Shown here piece after piece: positions 63,476 through 64,000 of a DNA stretch of 64,000 nt (position 1 is its first letter; the number at the start of each line of letters is the position of its first letter). The notes under the pieces were generated by a model. The model did not search any database, had not been told where the DNA came from, and saw only the letters and a list, made by a program, of their open reading frames with translations. The translations under genes were made by a program, and so were the position numbers. Origin of the DNA: Saccostrea cucullata (lineage: Eukaryota); assembly GCF_032062105.1 (NCBI RefSeq), contig NW_026928881.1, positions 62,001 through 126,000 on the forward strand. Direction: 5' to 3'.

Positions 63476-63782
63476 ATGACATCGGCGGGTATAATTTGTA
63501 TTATATAAAATATAAAAATCAACTATCCATCAATTTTTGAGAAAAATAATTTATCTTGCTCTAAACTGAATCAAATGCTGATTATTAATATTTCTGGGCT
63601 TTTTTAAAAAGCAGTTCCAGCTATTTTGACTACTGTTACAGTAATAGTTTTCAGGCAATTTTGTGTAAGTGTGAATGAATGATCATTTTCTATTATGTAG
63701 AGTATGTTTATGAGGATGGAAAGTTTGAGATAACTGACAAAATGAAGAAAGATTTCGACAATTATGGTTACATAATGGTCAG
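63476..63782 (+). CDS. 5' exons of a phytanoyl-CoA dioxygenase (PhyH)-family Fe/2OG dioxygenase (63476-63488, 63701-63782; continues beyond window)
   Basis: Spliced MTSAEYVYEDGKFEITDKMKKDFDNYGYIMVR with canonical splice sites; the F-x-x-x-GY-I-x-V-R motif is typical of the PhyH N-terminus. Confidence 0.65.
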
Positions 63783-64000
63783 GTAAGTAAAAGAGAGAAA
63801 AATATTGCATCTAATAAATAAGATTTAGTAGATATCTGCAGGCATTTAAAGATGGAAATCCTCTATATTTCTCCCATCCAAGTGGTTTAATTTTTTTTAG
63901 ATAGAAACTGCTTAGTTAGGGATAAAGTAAGTGCATCTTTCAATGAGAAATGTTCAATGTTGCAGTGATACATGTTAGCAGTGCAGTGATTTTGTGGAAT

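Overview
AT-rich eukaryotic DNA with spliceosomal introns. The repeat content (Deu/Nin-type tRNA-SINEs, Helentron-type HINEs with satellite arrays, Penelope-like RT relics, Crypton-like hairpin elements) suggests a bivalve, probably an oyster; this is inference only. From left to right: (1) a ~4 kb tandem duplication of a degenerate multi-exon gene, with a Crypton-like insertion in copy A and, in copy B, a 3'-truncated 4.4 kb DIRS retrotransposon (gag, RT-RNaseH-methyltransferase, tyrosine recombinase) sitting at an exon/intron boundary between CACTGATT direct repeats; (2) two paralogous secreted proteins, each with two coding exons, a 6-Cys WAP-like domain and a Pro-rich PIPRP tail; (3) a 4-exon type I membrane protein with a 6-Cys ectodomain and an ITIM-like LDYTRL tail; (4) a Penelope-like RT fragment; (5) two paralogous ~360-370 aa uncharacterised proteins sharing an RVxF-type motif, separated by a dense island of MITEs, SINEs and a foldback element; (6) a BTB-BACK-Kelch gene; (7) a GC-rich element packed with promoter motifs, a HINE with a 146-bp satellite, and the first exons of a PhyH-like dioxygenase. 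Gene models were spliced by hand and checked for phase. No database searches were run. Several frameshifts fall in short homopolymers and may be assembly errors.
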